Of a DNA stretch of 64,000 nucleotides, positions 34,553 to 52,292 are shown in pieces. The notes under the pieces were generated by a model. That model was not told where the DNA came from. It worked only from the letters and a program-made list of their open reading frames with translations, and searched no databases. The stretch lies in the NCBI RefSeq assembly GCF_009914755.1, contig NC_060926.1, one strand, 5' to 3'. How positions within the stretch are numbered: the stretch's first letter is position 1; each line of letters opens with the position of its first letter. The stretch comes from the human T2T-CHM13v2.0 reference genome, Homo sapiens. The translations under genes and the position numbers were made by a program.

Positions 34553-35625
34553 AAAACTAATAGTCAAATATTAAAGAGGCAGACAAGTGTCATCATAATA
34601 ATTATCTTAAATGTAAATATTCTAAATACACCAATCACAAGACATAGATTAGCAGAGAGCATAAAGCAATATGACTCAACAATTTGCAATGCGCAAGAAA
34701 CAATTTAAAATTCAATAAAGAAGCTAGATTAAAAGTTAAAAGATGGAAAAAAACTACCAAGCATACACTAATAAAAACTATTTTAAAAATAAGAGTGGCT
34801 TTGTTAACACATGGCAAAGTGGACTTTATAGCAAGCAAAATTACTAGACAAAGATTACCATTATATCATGATAAAGAATCAAGCCACCAACAATACATTA
34901 CAATCTTAAATATGTACACACGAAAAGTTGGAACTTCGAAATGAATGATGCAAGAACTGACAGCACTGGACAACACAATCAATGAACACATTCTAACTGA
35001 CATATACAGTATATTCCACTCAAAACCAGAATACATAAAAATTTCAAGTGCCTTTGGGACATACATTAAGTTGTTCCATATCCTGCATCATAAAACAACA
35101 CCTAACACATTTTTTAAATTTTTAAACACATTTCAAATATATATTTTAATGATAGCAGACTCAAACTAGAAATAAATAACAGGAAGTCAATAGCAAAATC
35201 GCTAAACACCTGGAAATTAAACAATATACTCCAAATAAGGCACAAATACATGTACTTGGAACTACTTGAAAATGAAAATACAACATATCAAAACATGAGC
35301 CATCAGATAGAACAATGTTGAGATGAAAATATACAGCATTAAATGCTTAAATTAGAACTCAAGAAAAGTCTCAAATCTGTAATCTGATATTCCACCACAA
35401 GAAACTAGGAAAATAAAGAAGCCTGAAATACAAACAGAATAACAATTACAAAAATTAAATTCATGATTAAAAAAATACTTCCCCCATAATTTTCAAGTCC
35501 AGATGGCTTCATTAGAAAATTCTACCAAATATTTACAAAAGAATTAATGCTAATTTTACACAATCTTTTCCAGAAAATAGAAGTGAGGGAATACTTCCTA
35601 ACTCTCATGAGACTAGTATTACTCA

Positions 35626-36287
35626 TGTTAGGGAGAAAGTTTCCTCAACCACCTAAGGTTCTTTGCTAAGCTGGAAAATAAAACTGACAAAGACAGGTTA
35701 ACAGAACAAAAGCATACGCATTTATCTAATAAAAGTTACATGACAGAAGAGCTTTCACAAGGAAATGGATATTGAGAGACCCAAGAAACATTGTATTTGT
35801 ATGCTGAGTCTGGTGAAAGAAATGGATAGTTGTGAAGAAACATAGTTGGACAAACATGTGTATGATCCAAAGGTAATAAACTGGGGAGAACATAGCAAGG
35901 CCTGTTTGTTCCCATCCTTTTCTATGTCTCTGTAAGACATTCCTTTTCCCTGGTTATGCGGCAGGACACCTATCACACAAGGATCTGCAAAGGAGGGAGG
36001 AGGTCAGAGAATGAATGATCTTTTTAGGTTTTCTGACTTGCTTTGCGGGAGAGGAGTTCTAGTTTGTATGACTATCCTTGGGTGAGAAGAATTCTGGCTT
36101 TTATTACACAACTTGGGCGAAGAAGTTCTGTTTTTTATGGACTGTCTTGGGGAAGATTGGGAAATGGGAGGAAGTTAGTGGAAAGTCAGAAAGAACTTGC
36201 ATCTGAAGCCCTTTGAATATTCTTCAGTTTAAAGTACTCAGTGTACCAAGGTGCCATTCTTTGGGATATCATGTTCTGATCCCCACA
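35626..36287 (-). mobile_element. MER34/MER39-family ERV1 solo LTR
   Basis: Terminus aagtactcagtgtaccaaggtgccattctttgggatatcatgttctgatccccaca; TG...CA ends. Confidence 0.65.
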
Positions 36288-36319
36288 TCCAGATACTAAA
36301 AGCAGAACAAAATAGTACA

Positions 36320-36451
36320 TAAAAAGAAAGAGGAAAGAAAGAAAGAAAGAAGAAAGGGAGGGAGGGAGGGAAGGAGAGAGAGAGAGAAAGAGAAAGAGAG
36401 AAAGAAAGAAAGAGAAAGAGAAAGAAAGAAAGAAGAAAGAAAGAGAAGAAA

Positions 36452-36519
<68 letters not shown>

Positions 36520-36690
36520 GAGGGAAGGAAGGAAGAAAGGGAGGGAGGGAGAGAGACAGAGAAAGAAAGAGAAAGAAAGAAAGAAGAAAGAAAAAAAGAA
36601 AGAGGAGAGAGAGAAAAAGAGGGAGGGAGAGAGGGAGGGTGGGATGGAGGAAGGAAGGAAGGAAGGAGGGAAGGAAGGAAGGAAGGAAAT
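36320..36690. repeat. Complex purine tract (GAAA)n/(GGAA)n/(GGGA)n/(GA)n
   Basis: Direct reading. Confidence 0.97.
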
Positions 36691-39670
36691 AATAGACCAA
36701 TAACTGTTAGAAACTCAGACAAAAGAAAATCCTTAATCAGATATTAGCAAATAAAATCCAACAATGTATATTAACAATTATACATCATGACTGAGTTGGA
36801 TGTATTGAAGTTATGCAAGACTTCTTAAATATTTTAAAATTAATCAACGTAATATACCATAGCAAGAGGCTAAAATAGAAAACTTATATGAATATACTCA
36901 TTCACACAAAAAATTATTTAACAATATTCAAGTTCCAGTAATGATTAGAAAAAAAGAAAACTCACCATATAATCAGGAGCAAGGAATGGGAGGCCACTCC
37001 CACCACTTTTACTAACTTAGTATTGGAAGTATTATCCACTGCATTAAGATAAGAAACTGTTCATATTTACAGATGGTATGATTATTTATATAGACAATCC
37101 CAAGAAATCTACAAAATATTCCTAGAACCAATACAAGACTTCAGCAAGATGTCGGGATACAAGATAGAGGATTAATTTTAAAAATCTAATTTCTATATGC
37201 TAAAATTGGGCAAGCAGAAACAAAAATTTTAAAACACTATAACATTTATAATTAGTAAAAAGTGCACTACTTAGGTATGCAATTAAGCATGCATAGCAGA
37301 ATGATAATGAAAAGCCAAAGAAAACTTAAATTCAAAAAAGTATACCATGTTTATAGACTGAAGATTCAACATAGAAAATATGTTAACTTGGCACAAATAC
37401 ATTTTAAACCACTTTTACCAAAATTCCGACAATAATTTTTGTGGACATAGGCAAGTTTATTCTAAAACTAACATGAAAAAGCACAAATCCTAGAATAGTT
37501 CAAACAATCTTATGAAGAATCAAGTAGGAAGTCTCATTTTACCCACTATTAAAGTTTACTATCTAGCTACAGTCATCAACATATTGTTGAATTACAGGAA
37601 GGAGAGACACAGATCAATTAAACAGAATAGAGGACCTAGAAATAAAACTGTACCTACATTTATATATATACATATATGGATATACATGTTCTCAGTTGAT
37701 ATTTGATGAAAAAGAAAAAGCAATTTGATGGCGGAAAAATGGGCTTTCAACAAATGGAACAATTAGAAATTCATAGATCACACACACACACACACAAAAC
37801 ATTCAACCAAAACCCCAGATAGCTCATGCACTTAAAAGTAAAATATAAAAGTATAATCTTTTAGAAAAAAATAAAATAAATTTTTAGAATCTAGGGCTAG
37901 GGAAAGAGTTCTTGAACTTGATACCAAACATAATCCTTAAAAGGGAATATAGGTAAATTGGAACTAATCCAAATTAAAAGGGAAAAAGCAAAAAAATCTC
38001 TGGCCATGGGAAAGCCTGTGTGAAGAGGCTGAAAAGATAATTCTAGACTGTAGAGATTGGAAGAAAATATTTGCAAATCAAATTTCTAACAAAGCATTTT
38101 TACCTATATTAAGAGCCCTTAACACGACAGTAATAAAACCATCCAGTAAGAAAGTGAGCAAAATATGTAAACAAATCTTTCACTGAAAAGAACTTACAAA
38201 TGTCAAATAGACACAAGAAGTTGTTCAATTAGACATCAAGCCACAATCAGATATCACAGCAGACTATTCAAAATGACTGACATAAAATTGAAAAAAACGT
38301 GACAACAGATGCTGGCAAGGATGATTATAAACTAGATCATTCATACAATGTCAGTGAAAATGTAAACAGTATAGCCACTTGGGAAAACTGCATGACAATT
38401 TCTCCTAAATATGTTATTACTATATGATCCAGAAATTGTACTTAAGGATATTTATCCAAGAGAAATGTAAACTCATGCTCATACAAAAACCTGTATTTGA
38501 ATGTATATGACAGTTTTTTCCATAAAAGTCCAAAGCTGAAATAACCCACTTAATCCTTCAAGAGATGAATGAAGTGTGGTACAACCATATAATGGAATAA
38601 GACTTAGTGATACAAATGACAGACTATCGATACACAAATTGTCAACCTATGTGAATCTCCCGGAAATTATACTGAGTTTTTTTAAAGCCAATTTTAAAAG
38701 GCTACATAACAGGTAGGTTGTGGGGGTTGGAGGTATGTAGATATAAAACAGCAATGTGAGGATCCTTGTGAAAATAGAATTTTTTTGTATATTGACAGTG
38801 GATACATTGACCTACAAACAAGATAAAAATCAAGGAAACTAAATGCACACAAACACAAACATCTATACATGCAATGAGTACAAAGGAAACTGGGAAATCT
38901 GAAAGAGATGGATGGATTGCACTAACATTAGTATCCTGATTGTGATATTGTACTATAGTTTTGCATGATGTTACTATAGTTTTGCAGTGGAGGAAGCTGC
39001 TTAAAGGGCACACAAGATCTTTCACCATTATGTCTAACAAGTACATGAAAATCTATAATTAACTCACTTAAAATTTCTGTTTATAAACGTATATATTCCA
39101 GATAAAACAAAGTAAACTGTTTTTGCTTGCAGGTCTGATGCATTTAGAAGTAATATTAACACCTTACATTGTGTAATAAAAGGAAAATTTTTTAAAGTGT
39201 AGTCACTATTAAAAATCAGATGATCAGAAAAATCCTACTGAAATGTATATACTTCATTGTCCAAATGAATAATAATAATAATGATTGCTTATAATAAGTA
39301 ATAATAATAATAATGATTGCTTACAATAAGTAAGGCATAGTCTTGTTATTTTCTTTACAACAGTGAATTGGTATAGGCAGCTCTATGATTATCATCATTT
39401 CACAAATAAGAAAAAAGAAATACAGATAGATTAAGCAGCTTCCCCATGATAAAAACAAACAAACAAACAAAGACCCCTAAAAAACCATTAACCTTATGTG
39501 TTTACAAGTGGGATAAGTAAAAATATAATCATTCTATATAGCTGAACCAGTCTCATAGCTACCATTTGAAACAGTGCCTTTTCAATATGTAATCTTTATT
39601 TAAGAAATAATCTTAATTTAACATTGTGCCTAAATTCAACTTCTCAGGGGATGACTTAAACATTAGTTTT

Positions 39671-40238
39671 CTTGTTGGTGGTGGTGGGTTGTTTAACTTT
39701 TATTTTAAGAGCAGGAGTACATGTGTAGGTTTGTTATATAGGTAAACTCTGTCATGGGGGTTCGTATTACAGATTATTTAATCACTCAGGTATTAAACCT
39801 GGTACTCATTGGTTATTTTTCCTGATTCTCCCCCTCCTCTCAAACTCCACCCTCCAATAGGCCCTGGTGTGTTATTTCTCTCTATGTGTCCTTGTGTTCT
39901 CACCACTTAGCTCTCCCTTATAAGTGAGAACATGTAGTATTTGGTTTTCTGTTCTTACGTTAGTTTGCTAAGGATAATGGCCTCCAGCTCCATCCATGTC
40001 CCAGCAAAAGACATAATCTCATTCTTTTTTATGGCTGCATAGTATTTCATGGGATATATGTAGCATATGTATTTTAGCCAGTCTATCATTGATGGATATT
40101 TGGGTTGAATCCATGTCTTTGTTATTGTGAATAGTCCTGCAATGAACATACATGTGCATGAGTCTTTATAATAGAATAATTTATATGTCTCTGGGTATAC
40201 ACCAAATAATGGGGTTGCTGGATTGAAAAGGATTGCTG
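39671..40238 (-). mobile_element. L1PA13-16-type 3' fragment
   Basis: Reverse L1 tail (ataggtaaactc...cagattattt); TSD ttaaRcattagtttt 39656-39670 / 40239-40253. Confidence 0.85.
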
Positions 40239-41759
40239 TTAAGCATTAGTTTTAATCTTTCTTTAGAAATGATATGATATAGCCTCAACTTTCAATATCA
40301 ATATCAATGTATGATGATCCTGTTTTTATAGGAACTATTATAAATAAGACAATGTTAAGGTGTCCAAATCATAGAATGTAAATATTAGGCAAGTAAAAAT
40401 CCTTTTAATGTTATATTACTTCCTCTTTATGCAGAAAGCTGGACAACTTGAAATCATATATGAATTTTTCTTCTCTTTTTTTCCTCTGCCACATCCAGTT
40501 GCCAACTCTCAAGTTATGAGGAAAATCTAACTGGGCCACAGGGTCACGGCTAGCTCTCACTCCCTTTTCATCCTCTTTGCTTTCTCTTTTACTTTTACTC
40601 TAATTCTTGTACACATGAAGTGGCAGCCAGTATGAGACTGGTGCCCAGAAAATACCATCCTGAAGGACAGCTGAGGGAGGGCACAAGTGAAGAGAGGCTT
40701 ACGGAAGCTTAGAAGGAGGAGGAAAAAGCAGAAGCCTGAGAAGAGAGGAGCAGTCACTAAGTTCTCCCTCAACCCAAGACAACCTGTTGGATCATTTTTC
40801 TACTACCAATATCAAGGGCAGGTTACTAGCACTGCTTGCTGTTCGTTTCTTTGTCAAATTGTGGTTCAGGAAGATGCTTTATTAGGTAAAGAAATCCAGA
40901 TCAAATACAAGTTGATAAAAATCAATAGTTGAATTTAGGAACATTGAAAGGATGTAATGAACAAATGGCACTGCAACTTACACAACTTAGTAAACACTTA
41001 TAATTTTTATTATCTGATTTGTTTATAGAAGCATTTGGGAAAACTACTTAATAGATTTTTAAAACAGTCCGTAGAGTTATATGTGAATGATTTTACCATA
41101 CTGATTGTTTAATGGCTTGGATGTCACCCCTGGGTTTTCTTTAATGTTAAAACATTGACATGTTGTTAGGATTTGAATGTTAAGTAAGAGGAATAATTGC
41201 TTATCACCATCAACTATTATTGTCTAAGTATGATTTAAGCCCGTTGCATTATCCAGGCATTTAACAAGAGCCTAAGGGAATCAGACCAAGAATAAACACA
41301 CTCTGGGCAAATTAGAGAAAAGAGCTGGGGGTGCTGTGAGGAGGGGAAGGCCTGCACTGATGGCCCTGTGGGAGCATGTGTGAGGCATCCCTTAGACCTA
41401 GAGAGCAGGAAGGCACAGGAGAAGAGATGCCAAGGAAAGTACCGTCAGAGAACAAAGCCTCACTAGACTTATTCCACATTGTTCCTGGATAAATTTTATT
41501 TCGGCTTAGTTTTATGGTTTAAGTATTGTGTTCCTATTCAGAACTATTCCACCTAGGGAAGGAAAGGCAGAGCTAATAACGGGGAACATGATTTTAGCTG
41601 GGCTTTGTGCCAGGCTTCTGTCAAGCAAGAGAGCTAATACTACTGCAATGTAATGAGACTGATGTTAGACATATGCATAAGCATGTGTGTGCATGTGTAC
41701 ATGCTTTTGTGTGCATAGAAGGATAGTTAGGCAGATACAGATATAGATACAGATAGATA

Positions 41760-42200
41760 TGTTAACATTAAAACCAAACTCTAAAGTTTCTTAAAGAGGT
41801 TCAATCTAAGCCAACATGAGTGACCATGGCTTGGGAAACTTAGTCTCAAGGAGTCCTGAGAAAGTGCACCGAAGACGGTTGGATTACAGTTTGGTTTTAT
41901 GCATTTCAGGGAGCCAGGGATTATGGACAAAGTCATAAATCAATACATGAAGGGTACACATTGGTTTGGCCTGAAAAGGTATGATATCTTGAAGAAGGGC
42001 TTTCAAGTTATAGGTGAATTCAGAGATTCTTTGTTTTGCAGTTGGTTAAAGGAGTAAGGCTATGTCTAAAACTTAGAGTCTGCAGAAAAGAACGTTTTAA
42101 ATTAAGGATGCTATGTAGCAAAATTGATGGCCTGCAGGCGTGACTTAACTCTTGCCTTGGATGGCCTTGGATCTGGTTTATAATTTGGTATGTTACTGCC
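41760..42200 (-). mobile_element. MER4-family ERV1 LTR (partial)
   Basis: agccaacatgagtgaccatggc...gtcctgagaaagtg...cataaatcaatacatg. Confidence 0.7.
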
Positions 42201-44455
42201 CCAGCTTTGATTCCAGGTCCCAGTGACTCTGGCCTTGCTCCTCCAGGTTTAGCCTGCAAGCAGTATGCTCATCATCATTCAGCAGGACACTAGGACTTGG
42301 TCGGGTCTTCAGAGCTGGCAAAGTGAGGGATGCTAATTTAACAGTGCTTCTCAAACTCAGAAACTTTTGTAATGATTACTTGAAATAATATATTTTACTT
42401 GGTTGATTTTATACTTTGTACAGAGTAAAAAAATTAATAAAATTGCAAATTTACAATAGTATTACAGATTCTTGATATGCAGTGATTATTATTTGTAATT
42501 TAAGAAGAGGGAGAAGACATAACATGTAAACATCCTCTCATTTGTTATTCTGAAACTCTGTTCTAAGAGCTGCTCTTCATATTTGCTTCCCTTTTGATAA
42601 TCCCTGGGATAATAGACTCATTGACAGTTGTGCTCATGTGACATTTAAACATATACTGCCTCAGATTTATTTTTATGTGTGCAGTTGCTTGTGCTAGATT
42701 GCAGTTCCTTTGAGATCTCTTTAAGAATTAAAACAGTAGCTTCCCAATTGTTTGCAGGAGTAGATATAAATAATAAATGACAAAAAGGTATTAAAACCTG
42801 CCTTATACTACTCATTAAAGTGATGCTTTTTTAAATATTCCCTTCTCTGTTTCCATGATGAGAGAATGAATGAATGAATCAGGCAGAAGGAAACTGACTA
42901 TAGGCCACTGAGTCGTAGTAAACTAGAAAGGTCTATGGGAAACTGAACTCTTTCTTTCTCATAAATGAACAGAGTCTATTAAATATGACAAAGTCATTTC
43001 AAATCCATTTATAAAACTCCTAAGAAGGTGAAGTTGTAGCACATCTATTTTCATTTCTAATATGGGGCATGTTTTCTCAGCAATGGTCTAATTACTCAGT
43101 ATGCGATGTTAGCAATTTTTATTCTCTGTGTGGTAGAAAATATTACCAAAAACTCCAAAGAAACATGACGTTCTTAGCTGAGTGGAAGCATTTTGGCAAA
43201 TGTTTCTGACAATAGTTTATGTCTCTTGTTATTAACTGAGAATTTTTAGAATGTGTAGTGTTGATTACTTCATATCATTTTAGGATTTAAATATTCTATC
43301 AAGAGCTAAGATACAGAATAATACCGATGGTACTGAAAAATGCATTATATTATATGAATATTTGATATAAAAGTCACAAAATATGTAGTTATGTGTAACT
43401 AGAATTACTAGATGTTAAAAGCAGAAGAACTTATAGGAAGGAGTCAGTCTAATTATATTGTATTTCAGATTAGGCAAACCAGGTTAAAGAGCTGATTGAC
43501 TGAGAACAGCAATTTGTTCATGGTTTGATCAGTCCCCTACTCTGCCATAAAGTTGGGATACAGAGAGGAAATAGATGAATTTTCTTAAATGGAAATCACA
43601 ATACAGCTCTGATGTGGAGATACAAATTTCGGAGTCATAAGCATATCAATGACTCTAAAGTAATAATATTATTATATTGCTGCTGTTGGTGGTGGTGTTT
43701 GTTGCTGAAAAATTCTACTTATGAACTTGAGTCCATATATGAATTAAAACCATAAATAGAATTTAAAAAAAGAAAATTCTATGACCCCTTTTTTAAATAA
43801 AACTTATTATGTTCATAAATATATACAAGATATCTAGGACAGTAAAGCCCGTGTTTAGGAAGCTATAGCAACAGGAATACAGAGGTTGCTTAGAAACACC
43901 TGAGGATAGAGCTCAGTTCCCACCTCCTGGGTGGGTGGTTGAGCACTGTGATGGGGGGAAGTGGCTGACTGTGTGTCTCATTGGCTGGCTGCTTCCTGAT
44001 GGGGCTGCATCAAGTCTCCCATTTCCACTTTGGCTAAGAGTTTGTAAGTCTGGCTTTCCCACTCTCCCATCAGAACCATAGATGTGCTGGCCTCATTTGA
44101 TGTGATTTCATTCATGGGGCAAAATGAGAGTAGAATCAAAGACGATACCTAAACATACGCCAGCATCTAAGGGTTGGAAAGCAAAGAGCCTCCAGTAAAT
44201 ATAAGTTTTCTGATTATTAGTCATTTTCTGTCGCTACTATATCATGTTAGCTGAAGTATGTGAAGAATTGTAATCCGTAATTATACACTACTTTATACTT
44301 TTATGTTGCATACTCTAGTTTTATTTATGTAAATTAACCAGAACCACCTATTCGATATGCCCTGCACTACATAGTACAATTCTTCAGGTCTTCAGCAAAT
44401 GCTTGATGTTTGGTTGATTTTAACATTTTCTCCTTTAACATGAATGGTTTTTTTA

Positions 44456-44926
<471 letters not shown>

Positions 44927-45083
44927 TTACCCAATTATAAATCTCTGAAGATGGACAGAGGCAAGGCTCAATCATAGCAATTAACTAGTGAAGATTTGTT
45001 GATAATTTTAACCCTTTGAGAAAAATAAATCTGCCACTGTTCAACACAAGTATCTAGCGATATAAATATAATTTCACATTTCA

Positions 45084-49207
<4,124 letters not shown>

Positions 49208-51212
49208 AATGAATTCAGTTTTCATGGCTGAGGAGACAGTGCTTGAAAGATTGTTTAATATATAAACATCACTAGCTTCTAACATGAACTGTGAAAATCA
49301 ACTTGTAACTCTGACCTCTGATAACTCAAGATGGGTCAAATAGATACTGAGCAAAAAAATAGGAAAGTAGTCTCTTTTAAAGTAAATTTTCCTTCATTCT
49401 ATTACTTGAATGTGCTTAATAAATTTATCATTTATTTTTACATAATTCCTGAAAATAGTTTATAATTTTTCTTAAAAAAGAGAAAGATCCAAAATTTTCG
49501 GATTATGGAATTTGATTTTAGATTAACCTAGGCTCTAATACAGGTTATGACCCATGGCATTAACTCTGTATGTCATTATTTATAGTCTGTATATATTGAC
49601 TCACCTATGCAATGTAAAAGGCTAATAGCATCTAACATTAGGGACTTCTGCAAAGAATCGGGATTGTGAATACTGAGTATTATAGAAATTGGCATATGGT
49701 AAGAATATGATAAATGGATACTGCTGTTGTAGTTTTCATTCCTCTATTTTTATCGCCTTTATTAAACATTTATCAATTAGCCATATTTGTAGACAGCAAT
49801 GATTGTGGAAGTGAAAGATGGGAAGAGATTTTTGGACCTGTTATTATTGGAACTACAAAAATAAACTATTCAGTTTAGACAGTGATGGATGCTGAGCTTG
49901 TCAGCATGGTTTCTCTTGTTTCAGACTTTGCAAAAGTACAGTGGTCAGATGCCTCCTACCACAATGGTTAAGAACACAGCTTTTGTGCCACACAGACATA
50001 GATTTGGCCCAGCTCTCTTGTCTACTTGTGTGGTAGAGGGAATTTGCCAAAAAAATCCCTATAATAAAAAACTGGAGAAATCTGAATAGATGAATGTATT
50101 GCATTCATGTTGACATCATAGTTCTGACAGTATTTTGAAGATGATACCATTGGGGGGAACTGGGTAAAGGACATACTCCACTATGTTATCTTTTACAACT
50201 GCAGAAAGTTTACATTATCTCAATAAAACTTCAATGAAAAGTGTCTAAAACACTATTTCTTGGCCTATATGTACTTCCAGAAGCTTGTCACTCCCCACCA
50301 AGAGGCAGAATCTATTTTCTCTCTCCTAGAACCAGCTTCGTAGTTGACATTTAGGAATCCTGAAAAAAGGCAGTACTCTTATATATATAAAATAATAATA
50401 CCTACAAAAATACTCAGCCCTTACTAAACACGTGTGCCAGAAGCAGTTCTAAGTGCTTTGCAGGCATGAACTTGTGTTTAATTTGCACAACACCATGAGG
50501 CACGTAAATAATATTATGTCTCCAATTAACTTTAGGTAGCTGAGATCTACAGAGTTTAGATATTTGCCTAAGGTCCTAAAGCTACAAATTTTTTCTTTCC
50601 TTCTTCAAAGTTGATATTTTATCATATCCTGAGTGTATCTGGGTAGAGTTATATCCTTCTGCCCTCAAGACTATCAAATGAGCCAGTCTTTGATGAGTTC
50701 CATTTTGAAAGACTAAGCAATCCAGGTTTTTTGTAGTGATTTCATCCTGAATGTATCTTTGCAAGACTTTTGATATGGGGAGCTAAAGAAATTTAGCTAT
50801 ACAAACATCACTTGCTATGTATCAATGAGTTTCTCAATTGCTATGCATAAACGCCCAAGGATGTGTGCTCTGTGTGTCATCACTTAAATTAGGCAGAAGT
50901 TGATGAGGGTGACATATGAGGTATACGTACTGTGCCAACTACACAGAGGAAAAGTAACTGAGTCTTGCAGGCAAGAAATGTCTCTTGAACCCAGTTATCT
51001 TGCTTTGACACACAGCTCTGCCACTTTCTAGCTCTGTGACCCATTCAGTTCTCCAACTGAGTTAATGCATATAAAGTTTCAGTACAGATCCTGGATGCAC
51101 AGTTGACACTAGCAAAGTCACCAATTACTACTATTATTGTAAATTTAATTAAGACTCAGTGACATCTCTCAGTGAGTTTACTGTCAAGCAGGAAAAAATC
51201 AAGTTTTAAACA

Positions 51213-51590
51213 GTGCCATGGTCACGCAATGCCCCGAACCTCATGCAAGAAGGACTTATTGCCCAGCAGCATCCAGTATGAGCCCAGCCAGCCTCCTGCT
51301 ATCAGCTCCTTTAGGGCCTGCTTCAGCTGCAGAGTGCTGCCTCGGCCACAATCACACCCTTCCTAGGACAGCCAGCATCCAGAAACTGACAGAGGCAGGG
51401 TATCAAGCCTACTACTTAAGACCAATGCAAGACAACTCTGAACAAGCAATCCTTGCTCCTGAGCCCCAACTCTTCACTGGATGGGCACCAAAATATGACA
51501 TCTTCTGTCCAACCCTGCTGCCACTCCATTTCTTAAGACTGTCTGTTCAAATGTATTATTTGATAATCAAGTGCTGCTGTCACAATCTGG
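51213..51590 (+). mobile_element. LTR16-family (ERVL) LTR
   Basis: ggacttattgcccagc...tcagctgcagagtgctgcctcggcca...cacacccttcct. Confidence 0.6.
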
Positions 51591-51981
51591 CCACAACGTA
51601 CTCTTCATAAAGTATCTTAAAGAACAAAATAGAGCATACATTCTCAAGAATACACACACCCACACACATATACATATGGCGTTTATGCCTATTGCAAAGA
51701 AAAAGAAAATGAGAAGTAAACAGTCATGTGCTTACCACCATCAAGAAGAAGAATGTTATCCAAGCTCCTGAAATTTGCTGTGTATCTGTAACTTTCAGAT
51801 CCCCTTGTTTGCTCCCTCAAATTCTTAGGTTTTTTGTTAATTAGCACCCCATGCTACCATTTAAATTTTCCTCTTTTTAATGGATAACACTATATATATA
51901 AAATTGTATAACTTGCTTTTTTCTCACTCAACATTATGGACCTGGATTTATCTATGTTGGCACATGTAGTTTAGTAAATTC

Positions 51982-52292
51982 TTTTTTATTTTATTATTTT
52001 ATTTTACTTTATTCTTTTATTATACTTTAAGCTCTGTGGTACATGTGCAGAATGTGCAGAATGTGCAGGTTTGTTACATAAGTATACATGTGCCATGATG
52101 GTTTGCTGCACCCATTAACCCATCATCTACATTAGGTGTTTCTCCTAATGCTATCCCTCCCCTAACCCCCTACCCCCCAACAGGTCTCAGTGTGTGATGT
52201 TCCCCTCCCTGTGTCCTTGTGTTCTCATTGTTCAACACCCACTTATGAGTGAGAACATGTAGTGTTTGGTTTTCTGTTCTTGTGTTAGTTTT
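51982..52292 (-). mobile_element. L1PA7-like 3' fragment inside an older antisense L1M
   Basis: ggtttgctgcacccattaacccatcatctacattagg; 9-bp tandem duplication atgtgcaga. Confidence 0.85.

Larger units (their letters stand above)
30700..39085 (+). mobile_element. Large decayed L1M (MC/MD-type) element hosting many nested insertions
   Basis: Collinear ORF1-, EN-, RT- and 3'UTR-like remnants between the inserts. Confidence 0.7.

Noticed and set aside
39268-39332. 30-bp tandem duplication (also ~21 bp at 38950-38986)
   Set aside because: Ordinary slippage duplications with no functional hint
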